Position numbers and translations under genes: made by a program | Notes under the pieces: generated by a model | What the model was told of the DNA's origin: nothing | What the model saw: only the letters and a program-made list of their open reading frames with translations | The model's database searches: none | NCBI GenBank assembly: GCA_963748015.1 | Contig: CAVVHE010000008.1 | Span: 832,001 to 896,000, forward strand | Reading direction: 5' to 3' | DNA from: Terriglobia bacterium | GTDB taxonomy: Bacteria; Acidobacteriota; Polarisedimenticolia; Polarisedimenticolales; JAIQFR01 | Length of the DNA stretch: 64,000 nt | Part shown: piece after piece, positions 18,216 to 27,864 of the stretch | Layout: each line of letters starts with the position of its first letter | How positions within the stretch are numbered: the first letter of the stretch is position 1

Positions 18216-20265
18216 GGCCGCGGCTCGAGCGCCTCGAAGGCGCCGGCCGGACCCAGGAGCACCAGCTTGTCCCCCTCGCGAACCACCAGGTCGGGAGGGG
18301 CGGGAGAGATCTCGACGGCGCGGTCCCCGTCGCGACGCTTCACCGCGAGGACGTAGAGGCCGAGCGTGTGGTACGGGTCGGACTCGATGAGCGACCGTCC
18401 GACGAAATAGGGCGGGGCAGGCCGCTCCTCGATGAGCAGGTCGCCCGCGCGCCGCGCGCCGGCATCCTCCCCGGAGACGCTTCCTCCGAGATACTGCGCG
18501 AGCACGAGCCTCCGGCGGAGGACCTCGCGGTCGAGCGCCTGCACGACGTCCCGCCGGGCCACGCTCCCCACCAGCCGGTCGGGCTCTTTCTCGTCCACCA
18601 CGGGCAGCTGCGCCAGCTCCAGCTGGGAGAACCGCCGCATGACCTCGTCGAGCGGGGTTCGCTTCGTGACCCGGGGGACGTCGCGGACCAGGTCGAGCGC
18701 CACGAGGCTCTCCCGCAGGTGAGGCTCGCCCGCTACCTGGAAGGCGTCCCGGAGGTCGATCGCCCCGCGGAGGCGGTCGCCGGCGTCCAGAACGTAGATC
18801 GCCGTCGTCCGGCTCTCGGTGAATCGGTCGACCACTTCGCCCATCGGGGTGTCGGCGCGCACGGTCAGCGGGTTCGAGCGGATGAAATCCTCCGCGCGGA
18901 GAGAGACCAGCGCCATCTGCTCGAAGGCGAGATCGAAATCGACTCCGCGCTTCCTCAGCGCCTCGGTGTAGATCGAATCGCGCCGCATCATGCGCGAGAG
19001 CGCGGTAGCCGTCACCACCGTGACGGCCAGAGGCATCACCGCACCGTAGTCCTGGCACATCTCGAAGACCATGATCAACGCGGTGATCGGAGCGAACGTG
19101 GTGGACGCGATCGCCGCGGCCATGCCGCCCAGCGTGTAGTAGACCGTCTGCACGTGAAGCCCCGGGATCGCGGCCTGGGTGCCGGCGGCGAACAGCGCGC
19201 CGCCGGCGGCGCCGACGAGCAGGGTGGGGGTGAAGACTCCCCCGGAGCCGCCGGAGCCGATCGATGCGGCGGTGGCGACGATCTTCGCGAGCAGGAGCGG
19301 CAGCAGGACCGCGGGGAGCAAGCTGCCCATCAGAACCTCGCCGACCGCGTCGTACCCGTTCCCCCAGACCTCGGGGATCCACCACGCGAGGAGGCCGACC
19401 GCCAGCCCGCCGAGACCGGTACGCGCCCACACCGGCAAGGGCACCCGCCGGAAGATCCGCTCGGACGATTCGATGCTCGACCGCAGGAGCAGCGCGACGA
19501 CGGGAATCAGCGCCCCGAGCAGCGCAAAGAGCGGCAGCGACAGGAGCCCCGGCGCCTGCCCCGGCGCGACCGGATACAGGGGAGCCGCGCCGAACACCCC
19601 GCGCGAGAGGAGCGTCGCGGTGACCGACGCGACGACCACGGGGCCGAAGATGTCGAGGGCGAAGTTGCCGTGGATGACCTCCATCACGAAGAGGGCGGCG
19701 CCGATCGGCGCGTTGTAGGCGGCGGCCATTCCCGACGGCGACGCCGCAGCCGATCAGGATCCGACGCCGCTCGGCCGGGACCCGCAGCGCCTCCCGAGCC
19801 GCGACGCGGCGGCGGCGCCGATCTGCACGATCGGGCCCTCGCGCCCCACCGAGCCGCCGAGTCGCGTTGAGGAGCACCGACGCGAGCGACTTTCCGAGAG
19901 TCCGCCCGAGGCGGAGACGCCGGGCGCCGCGCAGGGAGACGGCCTCCATGATCTCGGACGTTCCCTCGCCCCCGCTCCCTCCCTTGACGAGGTACCGGGA
20001 GAGCAGTCCCGCCGCGAGACCGCCCAGAGCCGGCGCGACGAGGATCATCGGGAGCTTGAGGCCGCGCGCGACGTCGAGCGAGCTGCCGCTCTTGCCGAAC
20101 GCCAGGAACTGGATCGCGAGGCCGCCGAAGCGGACGAGCACCGCTCGCGAGCGCGCCCAAGAATCCGACGCTCAGCACCAGGGCGATCGCGTACGCGCGC
20201 TCGTTGGTGCGGAACCGGCGCTGGATCGCCTGGAACCAGCGGCCCAGCCTCGCGAAACGGATCAT
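18212..20265 (-). pseudogene. CLC chloride channel/antiporter with two CBS domains and a TrkA-C domain; frameshifted (pseudogene or sequencing error)
   Basis: GGSVGREGP, AAAYNAPIG and GGSGGVFTP are spread over different frames; about four frameshifts near 20150, 19860, 19790 and 19730. Confidence 0.8.
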
Positions 20266-20323
20266 CGCGGTAGGGTCGTCGCTCGCGCGGCCGGAGTCAA
20301 GGGGACGCCGGCGGGACGGCCGG

Positions 20324-21127
20324 TCACGAGTTGTTCTCCGGTCCGAGGTACAGACGGGTCAGCTCGCTCTCGAGGTACTCGAATGCCTCGCCTGGCGAGT
20401 CGGCGACCTGAAAGAGCTCGACGTCTTCCGCGGAAATGGTCCCCCACCGCATGAGGGCGTCGAAGCGGAGCACGTCGTTCCAGTATTCCCTGCCGTAGAG
20501 CACGATCGGCATCCGCTTGCCGATCTTCCGCGTCTGGACGAGGGTCAGCAGCTCGAACAGCTCGTCGAGCGTGCCGAAGCCCCCCGGAAACACCACCAGC
20601 GCCTTGGCGAGGTAGACGAACCAGAACTTCCTCATGAAGAAGTAGTGGAACTCGAACGCCAGCTCGCGGGTGATGTGGGTGTTATTGCTCGGCTCCGAGG
20701 GGAGGCTGATACCGAGGCCGATCGAGATTCCCGCCGCTTCCGAGGCGCCGCGGTTCGCCGCTTCCATGATCCCCGGACCGCCGCCCGAGCAGACGATGAA
20801 CCTGCGGTTCGGCGCCGAGAGCCCCTTCGACCACTCGGTCATCCGGCGCGCGAGCGTCCTGGCGTCCTCGTAGTATCTGGAGAAGGAGAGCGCCTTGCGG
20901 GCGGCGTCGATCTGGTCCTTGTCGGAGGACGATTCCGCCTCCCGGACGGCCTCTTCGGCGCGTTCGGCGGACATCGCGCGGGCCGAGCCGAAGAACACCA
21001 CGGTGTCCTTGATCCGGTAGCGCAGGAACCTCGCCTGCGGCTCGAGATACTCGCTCAGGATCCGGAGCGTCCGGGCCTCCTTGCTGTTCAGGAACTCGAG
21101 GTTGTCGTACGCCTTTTCCACGGTCAT
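20324..21127 (-). CDS. LOG-family nucleotide 5'-monophosphate nucleosidase-like protein
   Basis: VFFGSAR, SGGGPGIMEAANRGA, FHYFFMRKFWF, FPGGFGTLDELFE. Confidence 0.92.
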   Translation of the reverse strand: MTVEKAYDNLEFLNSKEARTLRILSEYLEPQARFLRYRIKDTVVFFGSARAMSAERAEEAVREAESSSDKDQIDAARKALSFSRYYEDARTLARRMTEWSKGLSAPNRRFIVCSGGGPGIMEAANRGASEAAGISIGLGISLPSEPSNNTHITRELAFEFHYFFMRKFWFVYLAKALVVFPGGFGTLDELFELLTLVQTRKIGKRMPIVLYGREYWNDVLRFDALMRWGTISAEDVELFQVADSPGEAFEYLESELTRLYLGPENNS

Positions 21128-21308
21128 CGCGATTCCCCCTCTTCCCCTCGGACCGCAGCGAAACACAATGTAGCAGCAATGCGCGGGCGCGCCCCGCACC
21201 CTGGCTGAAAAGAAGAGGAGCGGGACCGGTCGCCCACGCATCCTCGAGCGAAACGACCGCGCGGGCCCCACGGCGAATTCCGTCCCGACCCCGCTCGCGC
21301 GCTCCCGG

Positions 21309-22220
21309 CTACGCGGGGGCGGAGCGGACGGACGAGCGCTGAACGAGCGCGACGCCCGCCAGCACCAGCGCCCCGCCGAGCAGGACCGTCGGGCCGGCCG
21401 ACTCGCCGATCCAGACGGCCGCGACGGCGACGGTGACGAGCGGCTGGACGTACTGGAAGGACGAAAGGGTGCCCGCCTCGAGGCGCGCGAGCGCGGCGGC
21501 CCAGACGAGGTACCCCACCCCGGTGCAGCCGGCGCCCAGGAAGACCAGCGCGGCCCACGCTTCGAGCGGAAGGTGCAGGAGCTCCGACGGGCTCCCCGCG
21601 AGGAGCCACGCCGGGACGGTGATCGCCGTTCCCACCGCGATCGCCCGGAGCGTGAGCGGGAGCGAGCTCCGGCGGACCATGAGGCCGCGGGCGACGAGCG
21701 TGTAGGTCGCCCAGTTCAGGGAGGAGAGGAGGATCAGGAAGTCGCCCTTCGTCGAGGGGAGACGGAGCGCCGCGGCTCCCGCCCCGCCCCCGATCACGAC
21801 GATCGCTCCGGTGAAGCCCAGGACGACCCCGGCGGTCTTGAGGCGCGGGAAGCGCTCCCTCAGGAAGATCGCCGCCAGGACCGCGGTGAACACCGGGTTC
21901 AGCGCGATCAGCCATCCCGAGTGCACCGCGGAGGTGAACGTCAGGGCGAACGCCTGGAGCGTGAGGTGGACGGGGAGCCCGATGACGCCGAGCAACGCGA
22001 TCTTGAGGCCGTCCCCGGGCCGCGCCGACTCCGCCCGGGCGGAGCGCGCGAACGGGGATGCCGCACAGAGGACGAGCAGCCCGAGCACCGAGCGCACCGC
22101 GACGAGGCCGAGCGGCGTGATCGAGCGAAGCGCCACCTTCGCCGCGACGAAGGACGAGCCCCACAGGAGGACCGCGGCCGCCGCGCAGAGATAGGCCGGC
22201 CAGCGCCTCGAGACGCTCAA
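21309..22220 (-). CDS. DMT/EamA-family transporter
   Basis: About 10 TM segments; LLWGSSFVAAK, LNPVFT, FQYVQPLV...GE. Confidence 0.9.
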   Translation of the reverse strand: MSVSRRWPAYLCAAAAVLLWGSSFVAAKVALRSITPLGLVAVRSVLGLLVLCAASPFARSARAESARPGDGLKIALLGVIGLPVHLTLQAFALTFTSAVHSGWLIALNPVFTAVLAAIFLRERFPRLKTAGVVLGFTGAIVVIGGGAGAAALRLPSTKGDFLILLSSLNWATYTLVARGLMVRRSSLPLTLRAIAVGTAITVPAWLLAGSPSELLHLPLEAWAALVFLGAGCTGVGYLVWAAALARLEAGTLSSFQYVQPLVTVAVAAVWIGESAGPTVLLGGALVLAGVALVQRSSVRSAPA

Positions 22221-22239
22221 GGCTCTCTCGGTGCGCCCG

Positions 22240-23535
22240 TCAACTTTCTTCCGGCGGGCGTTCGATTGGAACGGGCGGAGGCGGGTCAGGAGGCATCGCG
22301 TCCGGCAAGGGCGCCCCGCCGCCCGCCGGAGGCGGCCCGGCGGGCGTCACGGCCGCCGCCCTTCTCGCCCGCCTCCAGTCGCGCGTCCCCAGGACCATCG
22401 CGCCGAGACCGAGGAACGCGCAGGCGAACCAGAGGATCCAGCCGAGGGTCGGTATCGCGAACAGCACGTACAGCGCGATGGTTCCGGCGGCGAATGCGAC
22501 GTACTGCGACGGCTCGGGCCGACCGAGCTTCAGGAACAGCCAGCGCCCCGCCGCGACGGCAACCGGCACCTTGGCGAGGTACACGGCGAGCGCGTACAGG
22601 AGGAGCACGGCCAGCGCGAGCGGGATCGTGACGATCAGGATGCACGAAAGGACCGCCGCCACCGGAACGACGATGAAGGCCAGGAACCCGACGCCGAGGT
22701 TCCGGAGCACGTCGCCCCGGGTTGCCGCCAGGACGGCCTCCCCGGGTTTCCGCGCCAGCGCGAGCGCGCCCAATCCGGTGAGCAGGCCCAGCAGGAGCGA
22801 GGTGAACCACCAGGCGAAGCCGCCGACGAACGAGCGCCGGTTCTCCATGCGGACGTGATTCCTTACTTCTCGCTCGACCCGGCCTTGAACCATGCGCTGC
22901 ACGTCCTCGGGCACCGGGACGCGCGACTGGTGGGACAGGTTGCCGGCGATCTTGGCCTTCTCGTCGATCTTGACGACATCGGCCTCGAGCGACGCGTCCT
23001 TCCCGACGGTCCCCGAAAGCTCGATCTGGCCGCCCTGCGCGGAGAGGTCGCCGCCGATCGCGCCGTGGAGACCGATCTGCCCCGCATAGACGTCGACGTC
23101 CCCGCCGATGGTCGAGCCGGAGCGCGCCTCCACCGTCCCGCACTTCGCGTCGAAGTCCTTCCCCACGCTTCCCGCGATGACGCACTCCGCCCCTTTCGCG
23201 TCCACCTCGCCCGTCACCTTGCCGGTGACCGTCACGTTGTTGCCGATGAACTTGACGTTCCCGGTGACCTCGCCGGAGACGTCGAGAGTCCCTCCGAACA
23301 CCCAGAGGTTGCCATCCTGCTTTCCGGCGATCGTCACGGTCGCCTTGAACAGCTTGAGGTTTCCGTGGTGGGTCTTGCCGGCGGGAAGCGTGTAGTTCCC
23401 TCCGAGATCGGAGAACCCGGGGTCGTCCTGGGGCCTGGCGGCGAGCGGCAGCGCCAGGATCCCCGCCAGAAGGACGCCCGCCGTCCACACGGTAGCGCGT
23501 CGCAATCGCCGTCCGGCTATCCGTTGTCTGGCCAT
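22240..23535 (-). CDS. Membrane protein with a bactofilin-like beta-helix repeat domain and a C-terminal multi-TM domain
   Basis: Signal peptide; repeats of the type VxVxGxVxGxV; several C-terminal TM segments and a Pro-rich tail; GGAGG RBS. Confidence 0.8.
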   Translation of the reverse strand: MARQRIAGRRLRRATVWTAGVLLAGILALPLAARPQDDPGFSDLGGNYTLPAGKTHHGNLKLFKATVTIAGKQDGNLWVFGGTLDVSGEVTGNVKFIGNNVTVTGKVTGEVDAKGAECVIAGSVGKDFDAKCGTVEARSGSTIGGDVDVYAGQIGLHGAIGGDLSAQGGQIELSGTVGKDASLEADVVKIDEKAKIAGNLSHQSRVPVPEDVQRMVQGRVEREVRNHVRMENRRSFVGGFAWWFTSLLLGLLTGLGALALARKPGEAVLAATRGDVLRNLGVGFLAFIVVPVAAVLSCILIVTIPLALAVLLLYALAVYLAKVPVAVAAGRWLFLKLGRPEPSQYVAFAAGTIALYVLFAIPTLGWILWFACAFLGLGAMVLGTRDWRRARRAAAVTPAGPPPAGGGAPLPDAMPPDPPPPVPIERPPEES

Positions 23536-23600
23536 GGTCCTGTCCTCCCGATGACAGTGTTGGGGCGGTTCCGCGCCGTCGTCAATGGCTCAGGCGGCCG

Positions 23601-23628
23601 GCGGTCGGATTCCGCGGGTGAGCGGTCG
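23601..23628 (-). promoter_or_regulatory. Putative LytTR-binding direct repeats
   Basis: CGACCGC occurs twice with a 21-bp period (+ strand GCGGTCG at 23601 and 23622), just upstream of a TTGACG hexamer and the gene that starts at 23535. Confidence 0.4.
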
Positions 23629-23672
23629 TCACCACCCGGCCGCCGGGACCTCGAATTCGGCCGGAACGGGCC

Positions 23673-23738
23673 AGCCTCGGCTTGCTCGTCCTCGGGAGCA
23701 AGCATCCTCGGCGGCTCGAAATGCCGCCTGCGGAGGCT
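23673..23738. repeat. Small branched palindromic (REP-like) element
   Basis: AGCCTC/GAGGCT outer stem enclosing GCTTGCTC/GAGCAAGC and GGCGGC/GCCGCC hairpins. Confidence 0.45.
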
Positions 23739-23764
23739 TGCACCCTCGTCCTCGCGATGGACAG

Positions 23765-24562
23765 CTACCAGGGGATGAGCTCGCGGAGGCGGCGGGCCTG
23801 GCGGCGGGAGAGGGGCACGGTGCTGCGCGCGGCGTCGCGGATCACGATGCGGAAGGTGCCGGCGTCGCCCGGGAGGATCTCGGCGATCGTCGAGAGGTTG
23901 ACGAGGTACGCGCGGTGCGTGCGGAAGAACGACGGGCCGAGGAGGCTCTCGAGCTCGGCGAGCGGGCGCTCGACGAGGAATCGTCCCTCGGCGGTGCGGG
24001 CGAAGACGAGGACGTCCTCGGCCTCGAACCAGAACACGTCGGCGGGGTCGAGGAGCACGATCTTCGCGCCCCGTCGCCCCGGGATCTTGAGCGGTCCCGC
24101 TTCGCGGGGAGGTGGGGGCGGCGCCGCGGCCTGCTCGGGGCGGGGGAGCCCGGCGCGAATCTCCTCGAGGACCCGGAGCAGGTCGGAGGTGGGAGGTTCC
24201 TGCTGGCGAAGCGCCTCGCGCGCGCGATCGAGGGCCGCGGCGAAGCGGCGGCGGTCGAACGGCTTCAGCAGGTAGTCGAGGGAGTTGACCTCGAACGCGC
24301 GCACGGCATATTGATCGAACGCGGTCGTGAAGATGACGCGCGGCACGTGCTTCGCGCGGCGCAGGACCTCGAAACCGTCGGCCTCGGGCATCTGCACGTC
24401 CAGGAAGCAAAGCTCCGGCCGCTCGCGATCGAGCAGGGCCACGGCGGAGGGTCCGTCCGCCGCCTCGCCGACCACGGCGACGTCCGGGTGGTCCGCGAGC
24501 AGGCGGCGGACCCGGTCGCGCGCCGGCTTCTCGTCGTCGACGATGACGGCGCGGATCTTCAT
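23765..24562 (-). CDS. LytTR-family response regulator
   Basis: IVDDE, FLDVQMP, TTAFDQYAVRAFE, DYLLKP; LytTR FFRTHRAYLVNL and VPLSRR. Confidence 0.95.
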   Translation of the reverse strand: MKIRAVIVDDEKPARDRVRRLLADHPDVAVVGEAADGPSAVALLDRERPELCFLDVQMPEADGFEVLRRAKHVPRVIFTTAFDQYAVRAFEVNSLDYLLKPFDRRRFAAALDRAREALRQQEPPTSDLLRVLEEIRAGLPRPEQAAAPPPPPREAGPLKIPGRRGAKIVLLDPADVFWFEAEDVLVFARTAEGRFLVERPLAELESLLGPSFFRTHRAYLVNLSTIAEILPGDAGTFRIVIRDAARSTVPLSRRQARRLRELIPW

Positions 24563-25686
24563 CGGGCAGCGGCCTCCTGCAGGCCGACCGCCGGCGGGAG
24601 GCCGGCCGCGGTCCTCGGAGAGGCGGGCATCGTGACCCTCGCGATCGTTCCGCGCCCGCCGGGTCCCGCGTGGAGGTCGAGCGACGCGCTTCCGAGGTAG
24701 CACGCGGCGAGCCGCTGGCTCACGTTCGACAGCCCGTGTCCTTCGCGGAGAAGGGCCGGGCCGGCGTCGCGGAGCCCGGCGCCGTCATCCTCGACCTCGA
24801 CCGAGAGCGTTCCGTCGCGGACGGCCGCCCGGATGACCACCGTCCCGCCGGAGCGGACCGGCGCGATGCCGTGGCCGACCGCGTTCTCGACCAAGGGCTG
24901 CAGGACGAGGCCGGGGAGGCGCGCCGCCCGCGCTTCGGGCTCGACCTCCCAGACGACCCGGAGGCGGTCGCCGAAGCGCGCGCGCTCGATGTCGAGATAA
25001 CCGGCGACGAACTCCAGCTCGTCGGAGAGGGGAACGGGCCCCGCGTCGGCGACCCGGAACGTGTAGCGGAACAGGTCGGCGAGCGTCTGGACCACCTCGT
25101 CCGCCTTGTCCGGGTCCTCTTCGAGGAGCGACGAGATCGTGTTGAGCGTGTTGAAGAAGAAGTGCGGGTTGATCCGCGCCTGCAGGGCCGAAAGCTCGGC
25201 GCGGGCCGCTGCCTCCTTGAGCCGGGCCTCCACGAGGCGGACCTCCTCGACCTCGCGCAGCGTCTCCTCGAGCCGCCACCGCAGCGTGTCGTAGGCGTGC
25301 ACCATCCCGCCGACCACCAGCGCGAGGAGGCCGTTGATCGCCCCGATCGCGAGCGTCTGGCGCAGGTCCCGCAGGACGAAAAGCGGGAAGAAGTACAGGA
25401 CCACCGCGGTGCCGGCAATGGAGCCGGAAAGGAGCGCCAGCCCCAGCAGCGCGACCCGCGAGGCCGGGGCGAGACCGCGCAGCCGCGGGAACAGGAAGAC
25501 CGATGCGATCAGCACCGTGAAGCCGACGACGTTGCCGAACAGGATGCTGATCCAGAGGAGCGTCGGCTCGAATCCCCCCGCGCGGAACGCGCCGACCGCC
25601 AGTCCGGTCGCGGTGCCGGCCGCGGTGTTGCTCGCGGCCCAGAGAAGGACCTGCAGGGCGGGGGGAAAGCCGTCCCGGCGCGTCAT
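24559..25686 (-). CDS. LytS/YehU-type sensor histidine kinase with an N-terminal membrane sensor
   Basis: LQARINPHFFFNTLN, IERARFGDRL, LQPLVENAVGHG, VEDDGAG, GHGLSNV; ATGA-coupled to both neighbours. Confidence 0.93.
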   Translation of the reverse strand: MTRRDGFPPALQVLLWAASNTAAGTATGLAVGAFRAGGFEPTLLWISILFGNVVGFTVLIASVFLFPRLRGLAPASRVALLGLALLSGSIAGTAVVLYFFPLFVLRDLRQTLAIGAINGLLALVVGGMVHAYDTLRWRLEETLREVEEVRLVEARLKEAAARAELSALQARINPHFFFNTLNTISSLLEEDPDKADEVVQTLADLFRYTFRVADAGPVPLSDELEFVAGYLDIERARFGDRLRVVWEVEPEARAARLPGLVLQPLVENAVGHGIAPVRSGGTVVIRAAVRDGTLSVEVEDDGAGLRDAGPALLREGHGLSNVSQRLAACYLGSASLDLHAGPGGRGTIARVTMPASPRTAAGLPPAVGLQEAAAR

Positions 25687-26939
25687 GTGGCGCGGGCGAG
25701 GACCAGCGTGACGTCGTCGTGGGGGGAGCGCCCGCCGCGCCAGCGGGTCACCTCGTCGAGGACGGTCCCGACGATTTCCTCGAGATTGCGCTCGCGGTGG
25801 TCGGCGAGTATGCCGACAAGCCTCTCCTCGCCGAACTCCTGATCCTCCGAGTTCGGGGACTCGATGACCCCGTCGGTGAACAGCGCGAGGAGGTCCCCCT
25901 CCTGCAGGACGCACTGCCCCTCGCCATAGCGCGCTTCCCCGAGGAGGCCGATCGGGAGCCCGCCGTCGGTCAGGCGCGTGGTGCCGTTCTTGCCGAGGAT
26001 CAGGGGAGGGAAGTGCCCGGCATTGCTGTACGTGAGCGTCCGGGACAGGCCGTTGTAGTGGCCGAAGAACATCGTCGCGTAGCGCGCGGCCGAGGTGGAT
26101 CGAAGGAGCAGCTCGTTCAGGCGGCGCATGATCTCGCTCGGGCCGAGCGCCGGCAGCGCGATGCTCCGGACCGAGGCCTGCAGCCCGGCCATCAGGAGCG
26201 CCGCGGGGATTCCCTTCCCGGAGACGTCGGCGATGACGAGGCCCACGCGATCCTCGGCGAACGGCAGGAAATCGTAGAGATCTCCCCCCACGCCGACCGC
26301 CGGCAGGCACGCCCCGGCAAGCTGCAGCCCCCGCACTTGAGGGACGGAGCGCGGGAGGAGCTCTCGCTGCACCTCGCGCGCGATGGCGAGCTCGCGCTCC
26401 ATGGCCTCCTTCTCGCGCAGGACGCGGTACGACTCCTCGATCTGCCGGCGCATCGAGTCGTAGGTGTGCAGCGCGATCCCGACGATCACCGCGAACGCCG
26501 CGTTGAGCAGTACGAGCACCGCGACGGTCTTCGGCCGCGCGAGGGAGTACAGGGGCTGGGACGCCAGGATCGCGACCGAGCCGAACACGGTGCCGGACAG
26601 CAGCGTGAGTACCTGGAGGGCGATGCGAACCGCGAACGGAAGCCGGGCATAGTACGGGAAAACGAGGCGCGCGGACGCCAGCGAGGTGAACCCTACGACC
26701 TCGGCGAACAGCACGCTTTGACGAAGGAGCGGGAAGAAGTCGGGCGCGCCGCGGGTGTACGCGATCCCCGCGCCCACCACCGCGCCGATCGCGGCCCACC
26801 CCACGGCCCATGCCACGAGGAATCGGTAAGGAGATGCCCCGGCCGGCTCGAGGCCGGTCGCGGCGAGCGCCGAGGACACGAGGCTCGACGGCTTCTCCGC
26901 GCCGGAGGAGCCGGGGAGCGCTTGAGCCGCCTCGGTCAT
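25683..26939 (-). CDS. PP2C/SpoIIE (RsbU-like) phosphatase with an N-terminal membrane sensor
   Basis: VGGDLYDF, IADVSGKGIPAAL, NAGHFPP, FTDGVIE, HDDVTL. Confidence 0.93.
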   Translation of the reverse strand: MTEAAQALPGSSGAEKPSSLVSSALAATGLEPAGASPYRFLVAWAVGWAAIGAVVGAGIAYTRGAPDFFPLLRQSVLFAEVVGFTSLASARLVFPYYARLPFAVRIALQVLTLLSGTVFGSVAILASQPLYSLARPKTVAVLVLLNAAFAVIVGIALHTYDSMRRQIEESYRVLREKEAMERELAIAREVQRELLPRSVPQVRGLQLAGACLPAVGVGGDLYDFLPFAEDRVGLVIADVSGKGIPAALLMAGLQASVRSIALPALGPSEIMRRLNELLLRSTSAARYATMFFGHYNGLSRTLTYSNAGHFPPLILGKNGTTRLTDGGLPIGLLGEARYGEGQCVLQEGDLLALFTDGVIESPNSEDQEFGEERLVGILADHRERNLEEIVGTVLDEVTRWRGGRSPHDDVTLVLARAT

Positions 26940-27006
26940 GCGATTCTCCCTGACGCCGGTCTCCACATGCTCATGATACGCTCGACGACGCCCAATGGCT
27001 TCGTCC

Positions 27007-27020
27007 GCATACTAGTATGC
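27007..27020. promoter_or_regulatory. Perfect 14-bp palindrome, candidate operator
   Basis: GCATACTAGTATGC, with an AT-rich core, upstream of the phosphatase-kinase-regulator operon. Confidence 0.4.
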
Positions 27021-27146
27021 CGGCGGGTGGATCGGCACCCGAATCCGGTCGATGCGGAACCCCGACGTTGCTCCGACCGCGGCCCACCCGGGTTGCTGCC
27101 GCGGCCAGGCGTGGCTCGCCTTCGGACTTGGGACAGCCGCCCCGTC

Positions 27147-27857
27147 CTAGTTCAGCCCGGAGCCGCCCTCCTCGGGAGTGCGAAGCGCCTTGAGGCGAAG
27201 GACGCGCTCGAGGATCTCGTCGAGCATCCCCGACGCGCGCCGCTGCCGGGCGAACAGGTCGTCCTCCTCGAGGAGCGATTGCCGCTTCGCGGGGTCCACG
27301 GGGAGGTTCGCGCAGGCGCCGTTGACCGCGGTCTCGAAGGGAATCCGCTCGTCCAGCACCGCACCCCCCTCGGGGCGGTCGGCCAGCTCGCGAATCAGGC
27401 AACCGTGGGAGGCGAGGAGGGACAGCTTAGCGGAGCGGACTTCCGGGTCTGCGTCGTCCACGGGGGACTCCGCCAGGGGACGCACGCGGACCAGCCGGTA
27501 CGGGGCGGACCGGACGACCTCCCCGAAGCGGACCCGCTGCAGGCCGACGAGGCGTAGATTGAACTTCCCTCCGGGGAGGGGCTCGAGGTCCTCGATCCGG
27601 CCGACGGTGCCGGTGTCGTGGAACGAGGGACTCCCCGCGTAGTCCTCCTCCCAGCCCGGCCTCAAGAGCGCGATCGCGATCAGCCCTTCGCCGGCCGTCG
27701 CGTCCCGGACCATCGTCCGGTAGCGCGGTTCGAAGACGTGGAGGGGAAGGACCGTCCGGGGGAACAAGACGACGCCGGGGAGCGGAAAGACGGGCACGAC
27801 TCCGGATGCGGAGACGCACTCGGGCTCGGACCGGGCGGGGTGCCGCGAACCCTTCAT
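27147..27857 (-). CDS. Stand-alone Lon protease N-terminal substrate-binding domain protein
   Basis: PVFPLPGVVLFP..LPLHVFEPRYRTMV, GTVGRI, KRQSLLEE. Confidence 0.9.
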   Translation of the reverse strand: MKGSRHPARSEPECVSASGVVPVFPLPGVVLFPRTVLPLHVFEPRYRTMVRDATAGEGLIAIALLRPGWEEDYAGSPSFHDTGTVGRIEDLEPLPGGKFNLRLVGLQRVRFGEVVRSAPYRLVRVRPLAESPVDDADPEVRSAKLSLLASHGCLIRELADRPEGGAVLDERIPFETAVNGACANLPVDPAKRQSLLEEDDLFARQRRASGMLDEILERVLRLKALRTPEEGGSGLN

Positions 27858-27864
27858 GCCGGGA

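Noticed and set aside
17118..20141. 1007-aa CLC-flippase fusion
   Set aside because: Artefact of CLC frameshifts; the flippase-like gene has its own GTG start at 18215.
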